Positions 18,042 through 26,420 of a stretch of DNA of 39,167 nt are shown here, piece after piece. Below the pieces are notes generated by a model that was given only the letters and a program-made list of their open reading frames with translations, was not told where the DNA came from and did not search any database. Source of the DNA: an uncultured Methanosarcinales archaeon (GTDB lineage: Archaea; Nanobdellota; Nanobdellia; Woesearchaeales; CAZYIM01); assembly GCA_964647565.1 (NCBI GenBank), contig CAZYIM010000003.1:67045-106211 (forward strand), given 5' to 3'. Numbering within the stretch: the first letter of the stretch is position 1; every line of letters begins with the position of its first letter. The position numbers and the translations under genes were made by a program.

Positions 18042-19241
18042 TTATAGGAAAAATCCTGGTCTGCCATCAAAGTTCTCATACTTGGGCCTGTATCTGTCTA
18101 CATTGTAGAACTTGTCTACATCAACAATTCTTTTTGCAGCTGTCACCAGATTTATGTCTACAGTTGTTAACGTCCCATCTACCATAGCGACCATTATTCC
18201 GCTTGCTTTTTCAGCTATTTTTTTCACTGCAATATTCGCGAATGTAGAACTCATCAACTGATCATAACTATCGGGTGCGCCGCCTCTTAACAGATAGTCT
18301 AATTTGGTCGGCATGGTCTTTCTGCACTTTACTTTTTCAATATGATCTGCGAATGTCTGGCCGATTCCACCCAGTTTGGGATTACCATACAGGTCTGTTT
18401 CCTTGCTTATTAGGGATTCTTCACCGCCGACTGGTTTAGCACCCTCAGATATCAGTACAATAGAATAGTTGGTCCATTTGTTTTGCTTGTCCTCTTCGAG
18501 AACCTCTGTTAACCTGTCAAAATCAAATTCACACTCGGGTATTACAACCCTGTCAACTCTGGAGGCATAAGCAGAATATAGTGCGGTGAATCCTGCACTT
18601 CTTCCGAAGCATTCAATAATCCCAAATCTCTCATGTGAGCCTATTGTTGTTATAAGACTGTTGATGGCATCATTTGCCTTTGAGATGGCTGAAGAAAGAC
18701 CGATAGTATATTCTGTTCCATTGACATCACCATCCATTGTTTTTGGGATGCCTATGACTGGCAAACCAGATTTTTCAACTACAGGCGCATAGCTTAAGGT
18801 GTCATCACCTCCTATAGCAATCAGATAATCAAGACCTAATTTTTCAATATTTTTCATGACATCAGGTGTCATATCTAAAGCAGGTTCTGTTTCTTCAATC
18901 CACATATCCCTGTATTGTAACAGATCAGGACCTATTCCTGGTTTGCTCTTTACTTTTTTAGGGTTTACTCTTGAAGTATGCAAAATGGTACCACCAGTTC
19001 TATATATTCTTCTGGTGTTGGCCCGGGTAAGCTTAACAACGTGCATTGCTTCCTCAATATTTTCACCTAGTTTGTCCAGAGGCTCATCAGGGTCCATAAA
19101 AATCAGGCCTCCCCAACCTCTTTTGATTCCCACTACTTCCATACCTTTTTCTTCAGCAGAATAAGTGATGTCCCTTATAACCCCGTTAAGTCCAGGTACA
19201 TCTCCTCCTCCAGTCAATACACCTATCCTTGTTTTTTTCAT
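18042..19241 (-). CDS. pfkA: 6-phosphofructokinase (PfkA fold), probably PPi-dependent
   Basis: TGGGDVPGLN, GGTILHTSR, IGGDDT, PKTMDGD, FGRSAG; GGGGTG SD before ATG 19241. Confidence 0.9.
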   Translation of the reverse strand: MKKTRIGVLTGGGDVPGLNGVIRDITYSAEEKGMEVVGIKRGWGGLIFMDPDEPLDKLGENIEEAMHVVKLTRANTRRIYRTGGTILHTSRVNPKKVKSKPGIGPDLLQYRDMWIEETEPALDMTPDVMKNIEKLGLDYLIAIGGDDTLSYAPVVEKSGLPVIGIPKTMDGDVNGTEYTIGLSSAISKANDAINSLITTIGSHERFGIIECFGRSAGFTALYSAYASRVDRVVIPECEFDFDRLTEVLEEDKQNKWTNYSIVLISEGAKPVGGEESLISKETDLYGNPKLGGIGQTFADHIEKVKCRKTMPTKLDYLLRGGAPDSYDQLMSSTFANIAVKKIAEKASGIMVAMVDGTLTTVDINLVTAAKRIVDVDKFYNVDRYRPKYENFDGRPGFFL

Positions 19242-19381
19242 ATAAACCACCCCGTTGAATTCAGAACCTTTCTATTGTCGAGACATAATGCAACCCAATA
19301 TATAAAGATTGCTATACTGTAAAATAGTGTAGTATTGGCCCAGCCAAAAAATATTAAAAGCTGGTTCGCTCTAAAATCATC

Positions 19382-20917
19382 ATGAAGCCAAAAAAGAGGG
19401 TTTTGATTCTGATTCGGGATGGCTGGGGTCACGGCAAGACCTATAATGGTAATGCTGTTTTTCATGCAAACACTCCAAATCATGATTTCTATATAAAGAA
19501 TTATCCAACAACAACATTAAAGTGCACAGGTAATGCTGTTGGCAATCCAAAGGGTGTGCAGGGAGGTTCTGAAGTAGGACATTTGACTATGGGTGCTGGA
19601 AGAGTGGTCTGGCAGCAATACGAGATGATCAACAAAAGCATCAGAGATAAAAGCTTTTTTAGAGACAAGGAGCTTTTGTCTGCAATAAATCATTGTAAAA
19701 ATAATAATTCAAACCTTCACATATCAGGATTATTCTCAGATCAGGGTGTTCACGCGGATGTCAAGCATCTGTTTGCTTTGCTTGATATGGCAAAGAAGCA
19801 GAAATTTAACCGAGTTTATATCCATCTTATCCTTGATGGTAGAGATATGCCTGAAAGATCTGCAATACCTCTTGTGAAAAAACTGAATAAGAAAATCAAA
19901 CAGTTAGGTATTGGGACTATTGTATCTGTCATTGGTCGCTTTTATGGTATGGACAGGGATACTAATTGGGACAGGACTGAAAAATGCTATTTCTTGATGG
20001 TTGATGGTAAGGGTTTTAGAGCTAAAACTGCTATTGAGGCTATCAAGAAATCTTATGCCAGAGGTGCAAAGACAGACTACTATGTCCATCCGACCTTAAT
20101 AGTGAACAAGAAGAATAAGCCTCTTGCATTACTTAAGGACATGGATGCATTGATTTTCTACAATTTCAGAAGCGATCGGGCAAGACAGATAACAGCTATG
20201 ATCAATGATTTGGACTATTATCCTAAGAAACTTAAGAAGAAAGTTGATGTCTTTTCAGTTGGCATGTGTTCCTATGACAGTGATTGGAACCTTCCAGTTG
20301 CATTTGATGCAATTCCAGTTAATAACAATCTTGGCCAGGTGATTGCCAAGAATGGACTTAAGCAGTTGAGGATTGCTGAAACCGAGAAATATGCTCACGT
20401 CACATTTTTCTTCAATAGCGAGATTGAGAAACCCAATAAAAAGGAGGATAGGGTTATGATCCCGTCTCCAAAAGTCAAATCATATGATTTACAGCCAGAG
20501 ATGAGTGCCTACAAGATAACCAAGAAACTACGCCCTTTTTTGGGTAAGTATGATCTTATTGTGCTGAACTACGCCAATCCAGACCTGGTCGGCCACAGTG
20601 GAGTGTTCAAGGCAACAGTCAAGGCCTGTTCTGTTGTTGATGAATGTGCAGGCAAGGTCATCAAGAAGGCCTTAGAAAAGGACTATGTGATTTTCCTTAC
20701 CGCAGATCACGGCAATGCTGACCACATGTTCTATGATAATGGGCAAGTCGATCCAAGTCACGGATTTAATCCAGTTCTTTTAACCCTCATTTCTGATGAT
20801 GAGAAGCTAAAGAAGATTAAGTTGAAAAAAGGCGGCCAAAAAGACCTGGCGCCAACAGTTCTAAAGGTTATGGGTCTTAAGAAACCTAGAGGGATGACTG
20901 GAAAAACATTATTTTGA
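19382..20917 (+). CDS. gpmI: 2,3-bisphosphoglycerate-independent phosphoglycerate mutase (bacterial-type iPGM)
   Basis: RDGWG, GGSEVGH, DGRD, GRFYGMDRD, AETEKYAHVTFFFN, NPDLVGH, TADHGNA. Confidence 0.95.
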   Translation: MKPKKRVLILIRDGWGHGKTYNGNAVFHANTPNHDFYIKNYPTTTLKCTGNAVGNPKGVQGGSEVGHLTMGAGRVVWQQYEMINKSIRDKSFFRDKELLSAINHCKNNNSNLHISGLFSDQGVHADVKHLFALLDMAKKQKFNRVYIHLILDGRDMPERSAIPLVKKLNKKIKQLGIGTIVSVIGRFYGMDRDTNWDRTEKCYFLMVDGKGFRAKTAIEAIKKSYARGAKTDYYVHPTLIVNKKNKPLALLKDMDALIFYNFRSDRARQITAMINDLDYYPKKLKKKVDVFSVGMCSYDSDWNLPVAFDAIPVNNNLGQVIAKNGLKQLRIAETEKYAHVTFFFNSEIEKPNKKEDRVMIPSPKVKSYDLQPEMSAYKITKKLRPFLGKYDLIVLNYANPDLVGHSGVFKATVKACSVVDECAGKVIKKALEKDYVIFLTADHGNADHMFYDNGQVDPSHGFNPVLLTLISDDEKLKKIKLKKGGQKDLAPTVLKVMGLKKPRGMTGKTLF

Positions 20918-21001
20918 TAAAAAGATTTAAATAGGAGACTTTCAAAGATTAAATAAACAAATGGAGCATCAGGATTCACTCATAATAGCGGCACTTTTGT
21001 G

Positions 21002-21121
21002 ATGAATGCAGCCGGAACCAACTCAACCAACCTGAATGGAGGTTGCGGTATTTGGTGGCTGATAGATGTCATCCTGATAGCAACCAAGCACAAGTTTGAT
21101 GGTATTGAGTGGGTAGATTAA
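21002..21121 (+). pseudogene. Fragment encoding the C-terminal half of a TM2-domain protein
   Basis: Translates MNAAGTNSTNLNGGCGIWWLIDVILIATKHKFDGIEWVD*. GGxGIWWLIDxILI is the TM2 second-helix signature, and the first half of the domain is absent. Confidence 0.55.
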
Positions 21122-21125
21122 AATT

Positions 21126-21536
21126 CTGATTTTTTTAAAGAAGGTCAAGGATGTATTCCTTGATCTTATCAGTTTTAATAGTCCTCAGGCAAAAGTTTTC
21201 AACCTGACTTCGATACTTGTCTTTCTTGCGGCTATACCCACTAATTCGCTTTATGTGTCGCCCTTCAAATGTGTATTTAAGCATTTTATTCTGCCTTTGA
21301 TATTTGGTGGCATCTGCCCTGACACTGGTATTTTTTCACATTGCAACTGCCCTGCATGTGGTATGACTAGGGGTTTGTCAAGGTTATTAAGAGGAGACAT
21401 ACAAGGTGCGCTTGCCTTTAATAAGATGGTAATAATAGTCTTTATTGTGATGATTGTGCTTATAGTTATCAATCTGATCAAGATTATCAAAGAATATAAA
21501 AAGACTGGAAAAATATATTCAGTATTACAAAAATGA
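21126..21536 (+). CDS. DUF2752-like membrane protein (start uncertain)
   Basis: CPACGMTRG motif and a C-terminal TM helix. The frame is open from 21117 and includes a hydrophobic segment before the first GTG at 21255. Confidence 0.7.
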   Translation: MIFLKKVKDVFLDLISFNSPQAKVFNLTSILVFLAAIPTNSLYVSPFKCVFKHFILPLIFGGICPDTGIFSHCNCPACGMTRGLSRLLRGDIQGALAFNKMVIIVFIVMIVLIVINLIKIIKEYKKTGKIYSVLQK

Positions 21537-22117
21537 TAAAAGCAATCATCTTTGATTGGGGTGGTGTCTTAGGACCTCCTGGTAATCGGGTAGCAGCCAA
21601 AATACTTGCAGAGGAATTTGGCTATGATGAAGATGCTATTTTTTTTACTTTAGATACGCTAGAAGATGAATATTCAACTGGTCCTGAAAATGCAGAATAT
21701 TACATCAATGTTATAAAAAAATTCAAGATGCCCATTCCTAGATTAAAAGATGTCCTAAACAACATACCCCCCTGGGAGGTTTTTGATCTTGCAAAAGAAT
21801 TGAAACAGAAGGGCTATGCTATTTATATCTTGTCAAATCAGATGAAACCTCGGACAGATGCCATCCGGAGAGATAATGACCTTAGCTTCTTTGATGATGT
21901 TTGGTTCTCCAATGAGATTGGCATGAAGAAGCCAGACAAAAAAGTATTTGAATTTATGCTTTCAAAGATAGGTTTGCCTGCAGAACAATGCATTTTTATT
22001 GATGATAATGATTATAATGTTGATGCTGCAAAAGAATTGGGCATTAATGTTATTTTGTTTAAGAACCTTAAGCAGCTGAAGAATGATTTTGAGAACTTTT
22101 CAGTTAACGTTGACTGA
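21533..22117 (+). CDS. HAD-superfamily phosphatase (YihX-like)
   Basis: IFDWGGVL, LSN, KPD, FIDD. Confidence 0.9.
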   Translation: MIKAIIFDWGGVLGPPGNRVAAKILAEEFGYDEDAIFFTLDTLEDEYSTGPENAEYYINVIKKFKMPIPRLKDVLNNIPPWEVFDLAKELKQKGYAIYILSNQMKPRTDAIRRDNDLSFFDDVWFSNEIGMKKPDKKVFEFMLSKIGLPAEQCIFIDDNDYNVDAAKELGINVILFKNLKQLKNDFENFSVNVD

Positions 22118-22118
22118 C

Positions 22119-22670
22119 TTAATCTTCTTCTACCAAACATGCGCAGATCTTGAGTTTTAACTTCTTGGCTTCTGATTCATCATCAAAATAGATTCTATTA
22201 TCTTTCTTGATAAATCTTGCATATGGGCAGTTGGTCTTGTGGTATTCTTCCCCTTCAGATGATCTGACAAACTTATGTTTTGTATCAAGTCCAGTCTTCA
22301 TACAGACACAAGGTTCATAATCTTTTTGTTTTGCCTCTTTCTCTGTATTGAAATAGAAAAGGTTTTCCCTAAGAATTTTTTTAATATATGGGCAGTTGAT
22401 CCAATGGTATTTGTTTGATTTCAACGAGACTATGAATTTTTTCTTCAGCTCTTCTTCAGAAAGTTCAGAGATGGGTTGGGGTTCTGGAATCTCTACCCAG
22501 TCCTTGTCTTTAGTTGGTTTTTTGGGTTTTTCATAGTGTTGCAGGGTTAATTCATCCCTTCTGAACAGGAGATTGCAACGCTTGCAGAAGAATCTGTATT
22601 GATCATTTCCTTTTACATATCCTCCGCAAATAGGGCATCCCTGTGGTATCTTCTCTGCAAGCTTTTTCAT
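22119..22670 (-). CDS. Zn-ribbon protein with two Ada-type metal-binding-like repeats
   Basis: CPICGG...CKRC, then two repeats of YH-x3-CPY...(Y)F..E.EA....C-x-C. Confidence 0.7.
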   Translation of the reverse strand: MKKLAEKIPQGCPICGGYVKGNDQYRFFCKRCNLLFRRDELTLQHYEKPKKPTKDKDWVEIPEPQPISELSEEELKKKFIVSLKSNKYHWINCPYIKKILRENLFYFNTEKEAKQKDYEPCVCMKTGLDTKHKFVRSSEGEEYHKTNCPYARFIKKDNRIYFDDESEAKKLKLKICACLVEED

Positions 22671-22764
22671 ATCTTTTATTTATTCTTTAAAGTTTATAAG
22701 TTTTTTTCTAATTTATGCACAATAAACCAAAACATTTATATACTACTCGGAAGTGACTATTTGA

Positions 22765-23196
22765 ATGGATATAGATATGTTGAACAAGTTAGCGGAATCT
22801 TATGATGATGATCATAAAATCCTTTCTAAGCATGCAGATCAAGTTGATATTATTGATTTTAAGATCCTGATGGAAACCTTTTTTGATAATGAAAAAGTGT
22901 TTACAAGATATGAGCGAAAAATTTCAAAAGATGTTGCTAATTGGAAAGACAGAGGAGAATTTATCCTTCAAGAAGTGAAACCTAATTATCAACTTATTGG
23001 AATTGATCGTGTGGGATTTGGAATTTCTTTTAGACTTAAAGCTAATGTGGGTGGAGATCAAGATTATAGGGCTGCATTATATGGCAGCTTACTTGAGACA
23101 GATGGTGTGGGTTACAAACTCTTTCCTGGCAAAGGATTATTTCTAGAGGATTATACTAAACAAAGAATACGTCAAAACATACTTTTACTTTCTTAG
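22765..23196 (+). CDS. Hypothetical protein
   Basis: 143 aa ORF with TTTATATA about 22 nt upstream. Confidence 0.65.
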   Translation: MDIDMLNKLAESYDDDHKILSKHADQVDIIDFKILMETFFDNEKVFTRYERKISKDVANWKDRGEFILQEVKPNYQLIGIDRVGFGISFRLKANVGGDQDYRAALYGSLLETDGVGYKLFPGKGLFLEDYTKQRIRQNILLLS

Positions 23197-23204
23197 AAAT
23201 ATGA

Positions 23205-23327
23205 TGCGGGTGGCGGGATTCGAACGCGCGACCTCCAGATATCACCGTTAAGTATAATCATCGGCAGTTGCCTCATCACTCATAACATATGAGTCTGGCG
23301 CTATAGACCGGGCTAAGCTACACCCGC
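23205..23327 (-). tRNA. tRNA-Met(CAT), elongator type (Ile2 not excluded), with a 47 nt intron at 37/38 (23241-23287)
   Basis: Acceptor GCGGGTG/CACCCGC, anticodon stem CCAGA/TCTGG, loop CT-CAT-A|A, TTCGAAT T-loop. G1:C72 argues against an initiator tRNA. CCA is not encoded. Confidence 0.88.
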
Positions 23328-23382
23328 ATTTATAAAGGAGAGAATTTACATGCTTTAAAAGTATTTTGGTTTATCCTAGAGC

Positions 23383-23405
23383 AAAAAAAGAAAAAAAGAA
23401 ATAAA
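23383..23405 (-). terminator. Oligo-T archaeal terminator
   Basis: T-tracts on the minus strand immediately after the stop of 23406-24074. Confidence 0.45.
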
Positions 23406-24074
23406 TTAAAAATAGTTGGCAACAAGCCTGACCATTGCCTGTTTTTTGTTTATGGATATCTCTGCCCAATATTGATGGTCTTTTTTTATTTCAAATCTTG
23501 CTAATATCTGACCGTCAACTGGTTTGCCTTTGTCCTTTATTACAGATGCGCCGATCCTGATTCTGTCACTGAGACCATAACCAACTGTGGCTGCACTGTG
23601 CCAGTTAACCTCTTTATTTTTAAGATGGACTGGAACAGCTCCTTCTGCATCAAATGACCACTTTCCAAAATCGTGATTATAGTAGATCTGGGGATTGAGG
23701 ACATTGTACTTGCCATTACCATCTTTGAATAAGCCTAGTGCTGCAACAGCAAAGTGTCCTTTGATATTGTTGAAGACATAGCCTAGATTGATGCCTTTGT
23801 TCTCAATCTTATCTTTGCTGATTGAAAACGGTGCCATGAACGCCAGGTCAGGTAGCTTATCCTCAAGAGTCTTGGTAAACACCTTGGGCACAAGGTTGTA
23901 ACTCAAACCTTCACCTTGGAAACTTTGGCTGACATAGTTATCCAGCATTACTCCCTTTGGGCCTTTTTGCCCATTGTAGAAATCCTGTGCCTTGGCTTTC
24001 ATACCCATTCCGAGTAGCATTAAAAATGCTGCTCCCATTGCAATTTTTCTTTTTATCTTGTTTTTTTTATTCAT
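23406..24074 (-). CDS. Secreted protein with outer-membrane beta-barrel-like sequence pattern
   Basis: Signal peptide ending AKA|QD; amphipathic beta-strands; C-terminal VRLVANYF; GAGGTGA SD before ATG 24074. Confidence 0.6.
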   Translation of the reverse strand: MNKKNKIKRKIAMGAAFLMLLGMGMKAKAQDFYNGQKGPKGVMLDNYVSQSFQGEGLSYNLVPKVFTKTLEDKLPDLAFMAPFSISKDKIENKGINLGYVFNNIKGHFAVAALGLFKDGNGKYNVLNPQIYYNHDFGKWSFDAEGAVPVHLKNKEVNWHSAATVGYGLSDRIRIGASVIKDKGKPVDGQILARFEIKKDHQYWAEISINKKQAMVRLVANYF

Positions 24075-24528
24075 TTGTTTCACCTCTTTTTTTACAACTT
24101 TTTTCAAGTTCAGCATATAATCTATTCATTTGCTTTTTTGTTGCCTCTTCTCTTTGCAGTACGTATTTTTCTGTCTCTGCTAGCCTAGGTCCCTGTATTG
24201 AGTATAACTCAAAAACACTCTTCTCCCGGGTAAGATCTCCTGAGAGGAATCTTATCGCCATCTTCGCAGTTTCCTTTTCATAATCTGCTTTTTTTTCAAC
24301 ATGGTCTACGTGCGATCTTGCCCGGGGGTTTCCCCAAAGAATCATGTTAACCATGCCATTTGATGCTGTTCTTTGAGTTTCCTCAACAACAAAACTATCT
24401 GAGTTTTCAACCAGGTCTTTTATGTACCAGCTAAACTCATCTAGCCGTCTGGGTCGTTGGAGTGTCACTTCGATTGTGTCTTTATTGGAATCAATGTACT
24501 TGATTTGCTTGGGTTGTGTTAAGCTCAT
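24067..24528 (-). CDS. Hypothetical protein
   Basis: 153 aa ORF with GAGGTG SD; divergent from the second TrmB gene and overlapping the downstream start. Confidence 0.7.
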   Translation of the reverse strand: MSLTQPKQIKYIDSNKDTIEVTLQRPRRLDEFSWYIKDLVENSDSFVVEETQRTASNGMVNMILWGNPRARSHVDHVEKKADYEKETAKMAIRFLSGDLTREKSVFELYSIQGPRLAETEKYVLQREEATKKQMNRLYAELEKSCKKRGETNE

Positions 24529-24586
24529 GTGTTACACCTCTTTTTATCTTTACTACTTAATGGTGGTTAAACTATTTAAATATTGG

Positions 24587-24604
24587 TGGTGGTATTTACC
24601 ACCA
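24587..24604. promoter_or_regulatory. Inverted repeat, putative operator of the second TrmB
   Basis: TGGTGGTA-TT-TACCACCA between divergent TATA-like boxes; extra TGGTGGT half-site at 24561. Confidence 0.6.
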
Positions 24605-24645
24605 AAATAAGAAACTATAAAAAGAACCTTTGCTTAAGAGGTGAC

Positions 24646-25392
24646 ATGTACGAAGAATTGCTTAGGGAGATAGGTCTTTCACCAAACGAAGCAAGAGTAT
24701 ACGAAGCCCTACTTCACACAGGAGAGGCTTCTGTACAGACCATTGCTCTTAAATCTGGCGTACATAGAAGAAATGTCTATGATTCTATAGCAAAACTTAT
24801 TGAAAAAGGTCTTGCCTCTGAAGTTTTTGTAAAAGGCGAGAAAAATTTCAAGGCCATTAATCCTCGTCGTTTGTTAGAATTCCTAAAAGAAAAAGAAGAA
24901 CGGGTGAACAAGGTTCTTCCTGAAATGCAGGGGAAATACGCTGCAGTCGAAGAACAAGAAGAAGCTTACTTTCACAAAGGCATAGAAGGATTCAAGAACT
25001 ATCTTCAAGATATACTAGAAACAAAAGAGACAGTTTACTTTATTGGTGCCAAGGCATTTTGGTTGGATCCAAGACTAAAACACTATCTGGCTCGTTTTGA
25101 AAGAGAAAGAAACAAGCTCGGAATAAAATTCAAACATTTATTTGATTTTGAAGTCAAGGAACAGAAACCAGCCATACTTAAGCTTGTTGGAAAACCATAC
25201 AAGTTTCTACCCAAGAAATATTCAAGTCCAACATCTATTGACATATTTGGACCTTATGTCGTCACATTTGTGGGTGTCAAACCAGGGGAGCTCTATCAGG
25301 ATTCCATACAGTTCGTCCTTAAATCAAAACGTCTTGCAGACGGTTACAGAAAGTTCTTTGATTATATGTGGGATACTTGTGCAGAAGATTAA
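24646..25392 (+). CDS. TrmB-family transcriptional regulator
   Basis: GLSPNEARVYEALL...SGVHRRNVYDSIAKLIEKGL...ADGYRKFFDYMW; GAGGTGA SD; paralogue of 11138-11857. Confidence 0.9.
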   Translation: MYEELLREIGLSPNEARVYEALLHTGEASVQTIALKSGVHRRNVYDSIAKLIEKGLASEVFVKGEKNFKAINPRRLLEFLKEKEERVNKVLPEMQGKYAAVEEQEEAYFHKGIEGFKNYLQDILETKETVYFIGAKAFWLDPRLKHYLARFERERNKLGIKFKHLFDFEVKEQKPAILKLVGKPYKFLPKKYSSPTSIDIFGPYVVTFVGVKPGELYQDSIQFVLKSKRLADGYRKFFDYMWDTCAED

Positions 25393-26366
25393 GGCAGCTC
25401 TAGATTTCTTGCTTTTAGATACTCTATGCAACCTTTTCCTACCTGGTTTATCTTTGCAGCTTTGCTGGCCCAGTCATAAGTCACCATGCCATTCGGGAAG
25501 AAGATAAGTTGTCTTGCACCTGGTTCTTCAGGTTTTAATGTAAGACAATCGGTCATGCAGAGGTTCTGCCCTTTGAATTGGTAAACCATACCTCCGTGCA
25601 TTAACTTATCAAGTACCTTATCACAGTTATCCTTGACATGCTGTACCATCTCATTTTCCTGATCTTGAGAAATTTCATTATCCCTAACCCAGTTCCAGAC
25701 CTCTGTATTGTAGCATTCTTTTTTATTTGGTTTTCTTGCAGGTCTTATGCTGCATTGATCGACATGCATATCCCCGCAGAATTCCATTACTCTGTCAATA
25801 TCTTTTGGGCTGTCAATCAATCCCTTTACTGATGTAAATGAAGTTCTTACACTGTAGCCTTCGTTCTTGATTATGTTGATGGTCTTTTCAAGATCAGGGT
25901 ACTTATCTAAATGAGGTGTATAGAATTCCTTGTTGACTTCATTATCAATATCGACAAGAGAGAGTGCGATGGTCCTTAGGCCCATATTTCTCCAGCGTCC
26001 AAGCCAGCCTGATTTCTGAAACTTCTCAGTCTGGAATAAAAGTCCATTGGTCTGGAGCTCTTTTACCTGCATTTGAGCATATTCTTGATTATAATGAAGG
26101 AACGCAAGATAATCATCAACCATTTGTGGCTTAAGAGTCGGTTCGCCCTTGCCTGTAATTAAAAAAGTCTTGGCGCCTGCAGAGATAGCTACTCTTAGTA
26201 CCCAATCGAACTCATCATACTCTATTTTTGGATAATTGAAGAGTATTCTCATTACCTCTGTGCTGAGATCTGTGGTCATTTGTGAGATACAATCTGGGCA
26301 TTTGGCATTGCATCCCATATCTCCTGCCATTGCAGTCAGGGTTTGTACACGTTCTATTACTGACAT
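25389..26366 (-). CDS. Radical SAM protein
   Basis: CNAKCPDC (CX3CX2C), TGKGEP, QTNG. Confidence 0.9.
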   Translation of the reverse strand: MSVIERVQTLTAMAGDMGCNAKCPDCISQMTTDLSTEVMRILFNYPKIEYDEFDWVLRVAISAGAKTFLITGKGEPTLKPQMVDDYLAFLHYNQEYAQMQVKELQTNGLLFQTEKFQKSGWLGRWRNMGLRTIALSLVDIDNEVNKEFYTPHLDKYPDLEKTINIIKNEGYSVRTSFTSVKGLIDSPKDIDRVMEFCGDMHVDQCSIRPARKPNKKECYNTEVWNWVRDNEISQDQENEMVQHVKDNCDKVLDKLMHGGMVYQFKGQNLCMTDCLTLKPEEPGARQLIFFPNGMVTYDWASKAAKINQVGKGCIEYLKARNLELP

Positions 26367-26420
26367 GTTAAGGTGAAGAAAACAAAATCGTTTTATAAAT
26401 CTTTCTATGATTACTACTTT

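Noticed and set aside
23241..23287. Box C/D guide RNA inside the tRNA-Met intron (GTGATGA, CCGA, TGATTA, GTGA)
   Set aside because: The D boxes are degenerate, the spacers are only 8-9 nt and no clear target complementarity was found.
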